Below, one piece after another: positions 9,342 through 19,466 of a DNA stretch of 64,000 bases. Each line of letters opens with the position of its first letter. Position 1 is the first letter of the stretch. Origin of the DNA: Staphylococcus phage BSwM-KMM1. Location: sequence record OP902294.1; one strand, written 5' to 3'. The notes beneath the pieces were generated by a model. The model was not told the origin of the DNA and searched no databases. It was given only the letters and a program-made list of their open reading frames with translations. The translations under genes and the position numbers were made by a program.

Positions 9342-10469
9342 CTATTCTAATCCTAGTTTATCCATAATAGTGTTGAAGTCCATTGAATCACTAGATGAAC
9401 TTTGAGTTTTTCTTGGCTCTTGCTTAGGTTCTTGTGTGATTCCTAAAAGATTTCTTGTTGCTTCTGTATATCTATTATCTTCAGGTAAAGAACTAATAAA
9501 TTGGTTAATCTCATCTTTTGGTACTGATTTGAAGATGATACTTTCTACAACAAACTCATCGTCCATTACTCCATCTAATTTACTTCCGTTAATAATTGCA
9601 CGCATTGAGAAAACATAAGGTAATCCTTTTTCTTCGTTTTCATATCTTAATTTCTGTACAAAGTTTACTAAGTCTTCATTACTTGATAATTGGTGTTCTA
9701 CTTTATTATCGTAATCAAATTCCACCTGAGCAAAACGGTCTAATGTAGCTCCATCAAGTTGCTGTCTACCTACATAAATGTGGTCTGCTCCTGTTCCCAT
9801 AGTATTACCTGCTGATACTACTCTAAAGTCTTCATGTGCTGATACACGACCAGTAGGGAAGTCGAAGTATTTATTTGCAATAGCTGAGTTAAGAATTAAT
9901 AATACTTCAGGAATAGAAGCATCCATTTCATCTAAGAAGAATAATCCTCCGTTTGTAAATGCTTTATAGAACTGAGTTTCATGAAACTTACCGTTTGCAT
10001 CAATAAATCCTGTTAATTTAAATTCTTGAGTGATTGCATTACTGAAATAGAAGTCTAGGTCTAATGCTTCTGCTACTTGTTCCAATACATGGTTCTTACC
10101 TGAACCTGCTCCACCTTTTAAAAATACTGGAATGTTTTGATTAACTAATTTTAGTATATCTTGATATCTGTAATGGAAGATTCCTGAGATGTCCTTAATT
10201 GTTTTTCCTTCTTGTTGTAATTCAATTTTAACTGGTAAATTATTAAGTTGCTCTTCTACATATGATTCAATTTGTTTTTTAACATCTGTAATAATGATTT
10301 CTCTACTTTCAGTTCCTGCTTTCTCAACAATTGCATCTACAATTGCTTGTTCATAAGGATTAGAGTTCTTCTCTCCTAGTTTTTCTGCTAAGTCTTTTGT
10401 TGTTTCCATTTGTTGTTCTACCAATTTCTCTAATCTTTCAATAGTATCTTGCTTTGCCATAATTATCAT
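9342..10469 (-). CDS. AAA ATPase, MoxR/CobS-like (AAA_5)
   Basis: Walker A GGAGSGKN, Walker B FFLDEMDA, sensor VVSAGNTMG. Confidence 0.75.
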   Translation of the reverse strand: MIIMAKQDTIERLEKLVEQQMETTKDLAEKLGEKNSNPYEQAIVDAIVEKAGTESREIIITDVKKQIESYVEEQLNNLPVKIELQQEGKTIKDISGIFHYRYQDILKLVNQNIPVFLKGGAGSGKNHVLEQVAEALDLDFYFSNAITQEFKLTGFIDANGKFHETQFYKAFTNGGLFFLDEMDASIPEVLLILNSAIANKYFDFPTGRVSAHEDFRVVSAGNTMGTGADHIYVGRQQLDGATLDRFAQVEFDYDNKVEHQLSSNEDLVNFVQKLRYENEEKGLPYVFSMRAIINGSKLDGVMDDEFVVESIIFKSVPKDEINQFISSLPEDNRYTEATRNLLGITQEPKQEPRKTQSSSSDSMDFNTIMDKLGLE

Positions 10470-10493
10470 TCTCCTTTAATTTGTTATACATTT

Positions 10494-10522
10494 ATTATAA
10501 TACAAGTATTTATATTTGTCAA
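10494..10522 (-). promoter_or_regulatory. consensus sigma-A promoter
   Basis: minus strand TTGACA, 17 nt, TATAAT then RBS AAAGGAGAATG. Confidence 0.6.
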
Positions 10523-10610
10523 CAACTTTCTAAAACTTTTTTTAGTTGTTAATAAAAAAATACCTTACACCTATAACTTAACATAGGGTAAGGTAATTGT
10601 CAACAATTTT

Positions 10611-10952
10611 TTAAGAATATCTTGAATTAAAAAAGTCATCTATATATTTAGTATCGTGTGTATCTATATCATACATAAACATACAATTATATGTATGATT
10701 ATTCAATATTTCTAGCATGTTATGCATAGAAGTTGCATTATCTAATTCTTCTAAATCAATAGTTATCGTAAGTTCTTGTCCTTCATAAAGTATGTTTGCT
10801 ATATAATATGTTTTAACACCTTCCATTGTCCCATGCAAGGTTTCATTATGATTAAGAACTTCTATATCTAATGAAGGTAAATACTCTGAAAAATAATATC
10901 TACAGAAATATATAAAATTGTCTGTTCTTTTAGACACGAGTACTATCACCAT
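10611..10952 (-). CDS. hypothetical protein
   Basis: 113 aa. Confidence 0.5.
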   Translation of the reverse strand: MVIVLVSKRTDNFIYFCRYYFSEYLPSLDIEVLNHNETLHGTMEGVKTYYIANILYEGQELTITIDLEELDNATSMHNMLEILNNHTYNCMFMYDIDTHDTKYIDDFFNSRYS

Positions 10953-11346
10953 ATTTTATATTTCTTTCTAATCTTACATAATAGGTTTTAATCTTTTCTA
11001 CTTCTTTTTCAACCGCATCTTTTCTGCCTAAACGAGTAGTGTATTTTACAATGTTGAAAATCATCGAGTCTACAAAACCATCATATGAGAAGTGTTCTTC
11101 TAAGAAGGATATAACGTCCTTGCTACCTTTATAATGCTCAGGTAAATGTGCATCAACAGTTATATCGTAATAATCTTCTAGTAGGCTTATACTCTCTCCT
11201 AAGCTAGATAAAGCATACTCTAAGTCATTTGAGTCATTAGACCATTCTTTAGATACAGATAATGCATCTTCTATAATTGTTATCTTTAATTTATCTAAGT
11301 AATCATCAACCTGTTTTTGTGTTTTCATAAATTCTTTTGCGTTCAT
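10930..11346 (-). CDS. hypothetical protein
   Basis: 138 aa, RBS TAGGAGGGTATT. Confidence 0.55.
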   Translation of the reverse strand: MNAKEFMKTQKQVDDYLDKLKITIIEDALSVSKEWSNDSNDLEYALSSLGESISLLEDYYDITVDAHLPEHYKGSKDVISFLEEHFSYDGFVDSMIFNIVKYTTRLGRKDAVEKEVEKIKTYYVRLERNIKYGDSTRV

Positions 11347-11471
11347 TTAATACCCTCCTAAATTATATATAAAAAAACACCCTGCTTGAGTACAAGCAAG
11401 GTGAAAAGGAAAGATATTATGGAAGTGTACTATCTAAGTACACCTCATAATATAACAGTTTTCCTTGCCAG

Positions 11472-11780
11472 TTATTCCTTATTTTTAAGGTCTTCTTCCT
11501 TAACAAATACACCATTTACAAGTTTACCTTTGCGGTCTTTTATTTCATCATATGCCATGTCAATACACTCTTCGATATCAATATCTAATTGTAAGCACAG
11601 TACTGTCAGTACTACAAAAATATCTCCTACGCTATCTCGTGTTACATGGTCATTACTCTTAGCAATACCTGAAGCTAACTCTCCTGCTTCCTCTAGTAAT
11701 TTTAGCATCTGACCTGCAGGTTCTCCTGTTTGTAAATTTCTGTCTTGTGCCCACTGTTTAATAAGTTCTACTTTTTCCAT
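11472..11780 (-). CDS. MazG-like nucleotide pyrophosphohydrolase
   Basis: LKLLEEAGELA...GDIFVVLTVLCLQLDIDIE fits the MazG helical NTP-PPase signature. Confidence 0.7.
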   Translation of the reverse strand: MEKVELIKQWAQDRNLQTGEPAGQMLKLLEEAGELASGIAKSNDHVTRDSVGDIFVVLTVLCLQLDIDIEECIDMAYDEIKDRKGKLVNGVFVKEEDLKNKE

Positions 11781-11968
11781 TATTCAATATCTCCTTTAAT
11801 TTCTGTATCTTTAATAATTAAGTTATCAGAGTCACTAGTTATATTTATATTATCTTCAACTAGTTCATGCAGGTTATTAGTTATGTCTTCTTCAAACCTA
11901 TAACCTACACGTACGTATGCCTTTACTCTAATATCTATACTTACATAATCTTCCTGGAATTTTTCCAT
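11780..11968 (-). CDS. hypothetical protein
   Basis: 62 aa overlapping the start of mazG-like gene. Confidence 0.45.
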   Translation of the reverse strand: MEKFQEDYVSIDIRVKAYVRVGYRFEEDITNNLHELVEDNINITSDSDNLIIKDTEIKGDIE

Positions 11969-12012
11969 TTCTAACTTCCTTTATTATATCATATTATTGA
12001 CGTATTGTCAAT

Positions 12013-12173
12013 TATTCTGCGTAATTTCCCTTAGCAAGCTGATACTTTTTGTGTAATTCTTCATATAATTTTGACATGTCTTTATAATTCTTGATATCTT
12101 GTTCATGATGACTTAGATATTCTATTAATATCTTAGCTTCTTCCGGTTCTAAAGTTATAACTGGTTTAACCAT
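12013..12173 (-). CDS. small hypothetical protein (53 aa)
   Basis: ATG overlaps stop of the upstream 683-aa gene (TAAATGG); RBS AAGGAGGTTGCC. Confidence 0.4.
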
Positions 12174-14225
12174 TTAGGCAACCTCCTTAAATTCTTCTTT
12201 ATTTATTTTCTTAATATCTTTTTCTAATGCTTCTTTTAATTCATTAGGTAATTTATAAGCACCAATTGATTGTTGTTGACCTAATACATAACCATTATCT
12301 GTAATACGTATTTCCACTGTAAACCATGAATTCTCTAAATCTTCTTCTAATCTTGCTAATAATATTAAACAGCTATTCTTCAGAATTCTATTAGCATATC
12401 CTCCAACACAATGAGATAACATTCTACCTTCATCTTTTAATTTACTTACAGTATCTGCAGGAAGGAATTTTACTTTCCTACCGTCCTTTAATTTATAAGT
12501 TTTATCAATTATTTTTTCTAACTTATTATCATACTTAGCTTTAAGTTCTGCATCATCTAATTGTTGTTGTATAGATTGCTTCTCATCAGTAACAATATCA
12601 TGCTCTAGCTTCAGTGAAAAAGGCGTTAAGTTAACACTATCTAATGTTCTATACCCTTCTCTGATTAGTATTGATAAATCCTGTAAATAGTCAAGGTAAT
12701 AACTATCTAATACGTGTCCTGTTATACGTTGTCTATCCTGGGCATCTACATCTAAATAGTGAGTCATCTTTTTGTAGTTAGCAAAAGATATAGATAATAT
12801 TTCATTTACAATAGGTTTTACTTTTAAAGCATCTGTAACATTTCTTACATCCTGAACCATTAAAAATGTATCATCAAATAGTTGATGTAAATTAACCTCA
12901 TTGTGTAAATGATTATAGTAATTGTATAAGGTATATGAAAATCTTAAGTAATTACCTTGTTCAAATTTATTTAAAGTTAATAATTTTTTATAAGTCTGTT
13001 TTGTAAGATTGAAAGCTTCATGAACTTTCCATTTAGGATTTTTAGGTATATTAAATAGTAATGAATTTCTTTCAAATAATCCAAATTCCTCTAAGTTATT
13101 TATTTTATCAATATTTTTAACAACCTCTGCTAAGGTAGTTAAGTAGTTAGAAGTTGCTTTTTCCCCTTCGAGTGTTCTATATTTATTTCCTCCATAATTT
13201 ACACTACTATATACATCAAAATCATCAGGGCACCAACTAGAAAATCTAAAATCATTATTTCTTAGTGTTTCATCAATTATTTTAACAATAACATATTTAC
13301 TTAAATTAGGTGTTGAGTAATTTTTTAAAATAACATTTAATAAAACATCTAAACTTAATTCATTTTTATACTCACTTTTACTAATATCGTCTTTGTATAG
13401 ATTTAAAGTTAGTTCTTTATTAACAAGGCTATCTGTTAAGAAAACTTTAACTTCCCCTGTTTTAACATCGAATGAACTTTTATTTTCTAAAACCCATTTA
13501 TTACCCATATTATATTTATTTCTGATATGTTTAACTTTAAGACCAAAGGATGAATTATTCTCAGTACCTGGATGCATGTACCAAGCACTGCTATACAATG
13601 ATTCTGACATTTCCTTATAATACTTACTAGAGCCTTTTTCTGTATCTTCATTCATATAAGAAGTAATAGATGATTTTATTAAACCGTACTTACCTTGGTC
13701 TAGAATATCCATGATATCATCATTTAAATTATCCGCTACTTCTCTATACTCATCTAATTGTCTAGACTCATACCCCCATAATCGGTTTTCATTTTCTAAT
13801 TCTTTAATTTTTTCTTCTACATAACCTTTAGATTTTATTTGTCTTCTTCTCTTACTACCATATAAAGGAAATTCTTTTCTTTCTTCTCTACTGGATTCAA
13901 TATATTCTTTGTAACCTCTTTCTTTATTTTCTTCAATTACACCTTCAACTAATTTCTCAACTGTTTCATAAGGATTACCTGAAAAGTTTGTTACTTCTTT
14001 ATTACCGCATAATGCTAAGAATAAATGTATTTCTGTGGCAGTATCAAAATTAAATATATTATGAATATCTCTGAATAATTCTTTAGAGCCTAAATTAATT
14101 ATATTATTTTTCTTCTTCTTAAGAAATACGTCTTCATCTCCAATGTAGATACAGCCTTTATTGACTTTAGGTAAATTAATAATTTCTTGTTCTGTTAATC
14201 CTTTTTGTTTATATGTTATTGCCAT
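12174..14225 (-). CDS. large hypothetical protein (683 aa) with a possible PcfJ-like C-terminal domain
   Basis: long uninterrupted ORF; C-terminal motif LSHCVGGYANRILKNSCLILLARLEED..WFTVEI looks like the PcfJ family as I recall it. Confidence 0.55.
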   Translation of the reverse strand: MAITYKQKGLTEQEIINLPKVNKGCIYIGDEDVFLKKKKNNIINLGSKELFRDIHNIFNFDTATEIHLFLALCGNKEVTNFSGNPYETVEKLVEGVIEENKERGYKEYIESSREERKEFPLYGSKRRRQIKSKGYVEEKIKELENENRLWGYESRQLDEYREVADNLNDDIMDILDQGKYGLIKSSITSYMNEDTEKGSSKYYKEMSESLYSSAWYMHPGTENNSSFGLKVKHIRNKYNMGNKWVLENKSSFDVKTGEVKVFLTDSLVNKELTLNLYKDDISKSEYKNELSLDVLLNVILKNYSTPNLSKYVIVKIIDETLRNNDFRFSSWCPDDFDVYSSVNYGGNKYRTLEGEKATSNYLTTLAEVVKNIDKINNLEEFGLFERNSLLFNIPKNPKWKVHEAFNLTKQTYKKLLTLNKFEQGNYLRFSYTLYNYYNHLHNEVNLHQLFDDTFLMVQDVRNVTDALKVKPIVNEILSISFANYKKMTHYLDVDAQDRQRITGHVLDSYYLDYLQDLSILIREGYRTLDSVNLTPFSLKLEHDIVTDEKQSIQQQLDDAELKAKYDNKLEKIIDKTYKLKDGRKVKFLPADTVSKLKDEGRMLSHCVGGYANRILKNSCLILLARLEEDLENSWFTVEIRITDNGYVLGQQQSIGAYKLPNELKEALEKDIKKINKEEFKEVA

Positions 14226-14255
14226 TTAAAATCACTCCTCATTTGTTATGTACTA

Positions 14256-14284
14256 ATCATATCATAGTAATTAATACTTGTCAA
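14256..14284 (-). promoter_or_regulatory. consensus sigma-A promoter
   Basis: minus strand TTGACA, 17 nt, TATGAT then RBS AGGAGTGATTTTAAATG. Confidence 0.55.
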
Positions 14285-14301
14285 CAAAAAAGAAGAACTT
14301 T

Positions 14302-14571
14302 TTAAAGTCCTTCTAGATGAGTTTCGTATATAACCTTTTGAATTTTATTTAACGGTTCTAAATCTAAATTCCTAATAAGTTTTTCATACTTCCTTGAATT
14401 CTTGAAGTTAATGGTATTAGGCATAGCAAGAGCCTCATCAACGTCTTTAGTATAGCTTACAACATCTGAATAGATGTCTACTTCCTTTACATACAGACCT
14501 TGTGTTAAACTCCTGAATACTACCTCATTATGTGCTATAACTTCTTCTTTCTTTTCTATGCTCATTTGCAA
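14302..14571 (-). CDS. hypothetical protein
   Basis: 89 aa, RBS CAGGAGGTTTG. Confidence 0.5.
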   Translation of the reverse strand: MQMSIEKKEEVIAHNEVVFRSLTQGLYVKEVDIYSDVVSYTKDVDEALAMPNTINFKNSRKYEKLIRNLDLEPLNKIQKVIYETHLEGL

Positions 14572-14581
14572 ACCTCCTGGT

Positions 14582-14755
14582 CTATTCTACACAAACAAGT
14601 ACGTAATCTAAATTAGTCAGAGAAACTGATTTAATATTGTTTAATTCTTGCAATTTCTTAATATCTACATCATAGTTCTTACTTATAGTCCATAATGTCT
14701 CCCCTGCTCTTACTTTGTGATAATATTTATTCCCCTCTTTTATAAGGTCATTCAA
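14582..14755 (-). CDS. small LysM-domain protein (TTG start)
   Basis: YHKVRAGETLWTISKNYDVDIKKLQELNNI is a LysM motif; RBS GGAGGT 8 nt before TTG; below the ORF-track cutoff. Confidence 0.4.
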   Translation of the reverse strand: MNDLIKEGNKYYHKVRAGETLWTISKNYDVDIKKLQELNNIKSVSLTNLDYVLVCVE

Positions 14756-14761
14756 TATTAC

Positions 14762-15339
14762 CTACCTCCTTGAGTAATAATTAGCTTGTAGATAACATAT
14801 AAGTATAAGAACAAAGTTTACAAATTCAGTAGCTATAATATGAACATAGGTATGTGTTAAAACCATACTTGCAATTAGTGAAGCTAATCCTAATCCAATA
14901 ATAAGGAATAGAAATCTGTTTGTCCCTTCTGCACTTTTAGTTTTATAGAATGTTGTTATCTGAGTTACATACGCAAGGATAATAGTAATAGTTGCTACAG
15001 TTTGTGTCAAGGCTGTAAAGTCACCTAATAAAAATAGTAACAATGAGAACACAATAATAAAAGGGATAGAGAAATAATCCTTTTTCTATATGAAGCTACT
15101 AATAAGCAAACAATACCTAGAGTTAAATTAAGACCAACTGAAACTACTTGAAACATTGAAGCCTCAGTTAGTAATAAATTGTAAAAACTAATACCTACAG
15201 TAGCTACAATTAAATACCAAAAATAACTACTAACACCTTTAACACTGTCTGATTTAACTAAAGCTATTAGACCTGGTATATAACCTACTGTAACTAATAT
15301 AGCATACACTATGCTTAAATAATGTGATAAATTATCCAT
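14762..15339 (-). CDS. polytopic membrane protein, two ORFs joined across a frameshift near 15040
   Basis: ORFs 15025-15339 and 14762-15052 are both multi-TM and overlap out of frame. Confidence 0.45.
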
Positions 15340-15955
15340 TTTTCTCTCCTAATTTCTCTAATCTGTTAAGGACTTCTTCCCAAGAAATAAATCCTTCTCC
15401 ATTTGTTAATTCCAAAACCATACCATATACAAATTGGTTTGTACTAAACTCTGCTCTATCCGGGTCACTGTAACCTTTACCATGCCCTTGACGAATGTCT
15501 GAACAGTAAATTAAAACAGGTTTGTCTAATATTTTTTCTAATTCTTCAATTTCATCTTGTAGTGTATCATATTCATCTGTCTCATTACCATCAAAATCGA
15601 ACCTTACAATATCTGCTGTCTCGTCTAGTTTATTAATTGTTTCTTGTGCTTGGTGTTTAATACCTAATAATATGCCTAACTCTGCAATTGTCCCTAATCC
15701 TTCATTAAGGATATCAAACACAAAAATATCTGATTCTTGCATAGCTTTAAAGTCATTGTTTAATATACGCTCTGCTAGTTTAGTTTGTTCTGCGTTAGCT
15801 TTGTCATTAATTGACTTATCTTTGTGTGGGCTATAAGGAGTGACTCCTACAATACCTTCTACTTGTTTATGTTGCTTGTCTCTGTAATCTACCATTGCAT
15901 CATTTAAAATATGACCACCCATATATATTACTTTATCGTTAATTTTATTTACCAT
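15332..15955 (-). CDS. nucleoside 2-deoxyribosyltransferase-like protein
   Basis: IYMGGHILND...SDIFVFDILNEGLGTIAELG resembles the NDT family. Confidence 0.6.
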   Translation of the reverse strand: MVNKINDKVIYMGGHILNDAMVDYRDKQHKQVEGIVGVTPYSPHKDKSINDKANAEQTKLAERILNNDFKAMQESDIFVFDILNEGLGTIAELGILLGIKHQAQETINKLDETADIVRFDFDGNETDEYDTLQDEIEELEKILDKPVLIYCSDIRQGHGKGYSDPDRAEFSTNQFVYGMVLELTNGEGFISWEEVLNRLEKLGEKNG

Positions 15956-15957
15956 TA

Positions 15958-16182
15958 TTATTTTTCCTCCTTATAATTATGTACAATTGAAAATAAAATA
16001 AGACTTACGCTTGCTAAAAATGCTAATATTACTAAACCAGGTAAATTAAGTACTGTTGATAAAAATAATGATACCGCACTTATAACATAAACTAAACCAC
16101 TCAAAATTAGAGTCAGTAGCACAATAGTTATAAGTTTTACCAACCAATTATTATTAATAAATACCTTAGCTAAATAATTCAT
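15958..16182 (-). CDS. small membrane protein
   Basis: 74 aa, two TM helices. Confidence 0.5.
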   Translation of the reverse strand: MNYLAKVFINNNWLVKLITIVLLTLILSGLVYVISAVSLFLSTVLNLPGLVILAFLASVSLILFSIVHNYKEEK

Positions 16183-16209
16183 AAAAATCCTCCTTAGTTA
16201 TTATAAAGT

Positions 16210-16238
16210 AAGTATACCATAACTAAAGAGGTTTGTCA
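16210..16238 (-). promoter_or_regulatory. consensus sigma-A promoter
   Basis: minus strand TTGACA, 17 nt, TATACT. Confidence 0.55.
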
Positions 16239-16247
16239 ACATATTAT

Positions 16248-16988
16248 TTTACCATTTAAAATTGTCTGCGTACTGAGCTAATTTAGAACGGAAATTAACT
16301 GTAAAACTATGGAATACTGCACCTTCGTATTTTTTAAAGTACTCCATATAATCCCCAAAACCTGATTTACTTTCATTTTTTAAATCTATTTGTTTAAAGT
16401 TTCCTTCTACTATTACTGTTGAATTATTTGTATGAACCCTTGTAAGAACTTTTTAAGTTCACTTCGTTTAAAGTTTTGGGCTTCGTTTATAATTATAGTA
16501 GCATCCCTTAGGTTACCGCCTCGTAAAAACAGATGAGATATCTGAGACACCCAACAATTACCTTCTTTATCTTCTTTAACATTGTCTTCCATCATTAACA
16601 TTTCAGTAATTACTTGTTCAGGTCTCATATTAAGTTCAATAATAGCATCATGTAACCCCATAAAATAAGCCATTTCTTTTTCTGTCTGATTACCTGGTCT
16701 TGAACCTAAATCTTCTGATACTGGTGAAATTATAAATACTAGCTTTCTATTTTTGTTAAGGTAATCTGCATAGGCACAAGCCACTGAACACATTGTTTTT
16801 CCTGTACCTGCTTGACTCTCGTTCCAAAGTATTTCAACATTATCATTGAAGAAATCTTCACAAAAATCTAATTGTTCTGTTGTAGCCATTTCTAAAAAGT
16901 CATTAAATACTAAATGTTCTCCCATGTTATATCTTACTTTAGGATAATCTTTTAACTTAAAGTCTAATTCTTTTAGTTGTATTGCCAT
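16248..16988 (-). CDS. PhoH-like ATPase, frameshift near 16415
   Basis: Walker A AGTGKTMCSVACA; the C-terminal region VEGNFKQIDLKNESKSGF continues in another frame after an A-run. Confidence 0.65.
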
Positions 16989-17041
16989 ATTTTAAAGTTC
17001 TCCTATCTATAAATAGTTTTACTCTCTTTTAATATAGTACT

Positions 17042-17623
17042 CTAAACAAGTTCTCCTGTTTCCGCACAGAATCCGAAGCAATCACAATCTACGCCACATT
17101 CTGCTTCCTCAGGTTCCTCATCATCCGATGCAAGCTCAACAATTGCATTCTCTGTGTTACCTTTAGATAAACCTGTATAAATAATATCATTTACAGAATC
17201 CCAATCATTATCTGCTAAATAATTTACACTATCTGATACTGATTCATTTTCAGGTAAATAAACAGAATCATCTGTAAACTTAATTAAAATATCTCCTTGA
17301 GGTAATACATCATTAAGTAAATCAATTTCTGTTTCCTCCTCAATCGTAAATACAGTTCCTTCTAATTTTTCCGGAGTAGTATGTGTTAAATGTTTAACAT
17401 CTTCTCCTGATTCTTCATAGAAACCTACTGCGTTCAATTCTTTGTTATATTTTGCAATAAATTTACCATTATCACTGACTAAGTATTGACTACTTGCATT
17501 ATAATCTTCTGCATCTTCTAAAGTCATAGGTGGATTATGGTCTCTGACATAATAACTAACCTTCCTAACATCCGTTGTTTGTACTTTTTACCTTCACCTT
17601 TGATTACTGAATTAATTTTCTTC
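17042..17623 (-). CDS. acidic protein with C-terminal Cys cluster, frameshift near 17575
   Basis: CGVDCDCFGFCAETG at C-terminus; N-terminal piece MKKINSVIKGEGKKYKQ joins after a shift in an AAAAA run. Confidence 0.45.
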
Positions 17624-17640
17624 ATAATATTTTCTCCTTT

Positions 17641-18066
17641 TTATATTCCTATAGATTTCTTTGCAAGCACATCAGCGTGTTCATTCCATTTATTACCAGT
17701 ATGAGCTTTTACTTTTACAAAATTAATATCTATTGACTTTTGATACTCTCTTACCATCTTAATATATGTCTGACTTAAAATATTTCTTGCTGACCAGGTA
17801 CCTTCATACCAATGAATGAGCCCTATATAGTCTATATAAACAATTGCTTGTTTATAACCTAACTTAATAGCCTCCTCAATACCGTAACAACAAGCTAATA
17901 TTTCACCTGCAACATTATTATACTTTATTAATCCTGGTTTGTCAACACTTTTACTAATTTCCGATATAATATTTTCATCTGTACTTACTAATACAGCTCC
18001 TGAACCTACCTTGCCTTTATTATAGGAAGAACTACCATCAGTGTATATATTTACTCTATCCTGCAT
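17641..18066 (-). CDS. rnh: ribonuclease H
   Basis: YTDGSSS...GSGAVLV...AHTGNKWNEHADVLAKK catalytic motifs; likely start at MQDRVNIYTDG. Confidence 0.75.
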   Translation of the reverse strand: MQDRVNIYTDGSSSYNKGKVGSGAVLVSTDENIISEISKSVDKPGLIKYNNVAGEILACCYGIEEAIKLGYKQAIVYIDYIGLIHWYEGTWSARNILSQTYIKMVREYQKSIDINFVKVKAHTGNKWNEHADVLAKKSIGI

Positions 18067-18247
18067 ATTTATAATCCTCCATGAAGTGAGGGAAATCACA
18101 GTCAGAATAAATATCTCTACAAAATGATATAGAAATAGAATCAAAATCAAAACATTTAAAACAATGTTCTTTTACCTCTACCTTATTTCTAGCAACTACA
18201 CTAAATTTAAATCCATCTGCCACTACAGTAAATAATCCTCTTTTCAT
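18056..18247 (-). CDS. small Cys-rich protein
   Basis: 63 aa with CFKCFDFD and C..C pairs. Confidence 0.45.
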   Translation of the reverse strand: MKRGLFTVVADGFKFSVVARNKVEVKEHCFKCFDFDSISISFCRDIYSDCDFPHFMEDYKYAG

Positions 18248-18269
18248 AAAACAAATACCTCCACTAAGT

Positions 18270-18599
18270 TTATTTTAAATTAATAACTAACTCAATAAAT
18301 GATTTAATCGTTTTGTTTTTACCTTCATCAATATCTGAGAAGAAGTTACTTATACTAGTGTCTTCATCAAATAAATCTTCCACATCATCAAATTTATTTA
18401 GAATATCAATAACACCATAACCTTTTTCTGTTATATATTCATATAGGTCTTCACCGTCTTCTGACAGAGTAGCTTCCATTTTACCATTTTTACTTTCAAT
18501 TAGATATAAAGTATTAAGTACTTTAACTGAGTCTACAACTACACTATAATTGCTTAGTGTCGGGTACTCAGTATATAGAATTTCAATATTAGTATTCAT
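18270..18599 (-). CDS. hypothetical acidic protein
   Basis: 109 aa. Confidence 0.5.
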   Translation of the reverse strand: MNTNIEILYTEYPTLSNYSVVVDSVKVLNTLYLIESKNGKMEATLSEDGEDLYEYITEKGYGVIDILNKFDDVEDLFDEDTSISNFFSDIDEGKNKTIKSFIELVINLK

Positions 18600-18604
18600 A
18601 TAAC

Positions 18605-18901
18605 TATCAATTACAGAGTTTACTGTATCTCTTTTAACTCTGACACGTTGTTCTTTCTTATAGTAGGGAATGCGTCATCGTACTCTACTAATGAGTTTCT
18701 ATCTGTATTTAATAATTTATCTAATGAAGATAATAAAACTATCTTGTATTGATTATCGGGTAAACTATCTGTAATTTCCATAATAGTTAAAAAGTATCTT
18801 CACCTAAAACATTATTTACGTCTTGTAACTCGAAAGAATCTACCATTTCAATAGTGTCGTCTATATCTTCTGTAGTCATCAAGAAGTTAACTAAATTATT
18901 A
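18605..18901 (-). CDS. hypothetical protein disrupted by frameshifts
   Basis: N-terminal reading MENNNLVNFLMTTEDIDDTIEMVDSFELQD breaks at homopolymers. Confidence 0.3.
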
Positions 18902-19129
18902 TTTTCCATTGTCTTCCTCCAATTCTTTAAACAGGTCTTTTCCTGGGGTATCTAATGCTTTTTCTAATCTTATTAAATTAGCACTTCTAGGTTTCTTTTT
19001 ACCATACTCCCAATAAGATATAAGAGAGTAGTGTACTCCTATTTCAGAAGCTAAACTTCTTAATGTATGTCCTTTATCTACCCTGACCTTTTGAAGATTT
19101 AGAGGTTTATTTTCTTTATTTTCACCCAT
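18899..19129 (-). CDS. XRE-family helix-turn-helix transcriptional regulator
   Basis: LRSLASEIGVHYSLISYWEYGKKKP HTH motif. Confidence 0.7.
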   Translation of the reverse strand: MGENKENKPLNLQKVRVDKGHTLRSLASEIGVHYSLISYWEYGKKKPRSANLIRLEKALDTPGKDLFKELEEDNGK

Positions 19130-19144
19130 AATTTATTTCTCCTC

Positions 19145-19373
19145 TACTTTTAAAAATTTAAAATCCTCAGATGCTTTTGCATTTTTGAGTATATACTCAT
19201 GTGATTTATCCCTTGCCTCTGCTTTACTTTTAGCATGAACCTCTATATGAAATACATGAGATTTTTTAAATTAGGTGTCTCATATCTCCAATAAACTTTA
19301 AAAAGTAGTGTTTCCTTTTTAATACATTAATTCTAATCCACCGTTTAAGTCTATTCATTTTTTATCCTCCCTT
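19145..19373 (-). CDS. small hypothetical protein disrupted by frameshift near 19262
   Basis: MNRLKRWIRINVLKRKHYF... continues in another frame after a T-run. Confidence 0.3.
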
Positions 19374-19466
19374 ATTAATTGTTAAATACAGTATATCACA
19401 CTTATATAGATAAGTCAACTATAATATACAAAAAGACTAAGAAATTAATCTTAGTCTCATTTTAAC

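Noticed and set aside
9223-9969. Three 60-63-aa plus-strand ORFs
   Set aside because: Antisense to the AAA ATPase and its neighbour.
10575-10603. Second TTGTCAACA box upstream of gene 10611-10952
   Set aside because: Good -35 on the minus strand but no acceptable -10 at 16-18 bp spacing; not called as a promoter.
11386-11712. 108-aa plus-strand ORF
   Set aside because: Antisense to the well-supported MazG-like gene; Ser/Leu-rich junk translation.
13393-13620. 75-aa plus-strand ORF
   Set aside because: Embedded antisense in the 683-aa minus-strand gene.
15522-15836. 104-aa plus-strand Ser-rich ORF
   Set aside because: Antisense to the nucleoside deoxyribosyltransferase gene.
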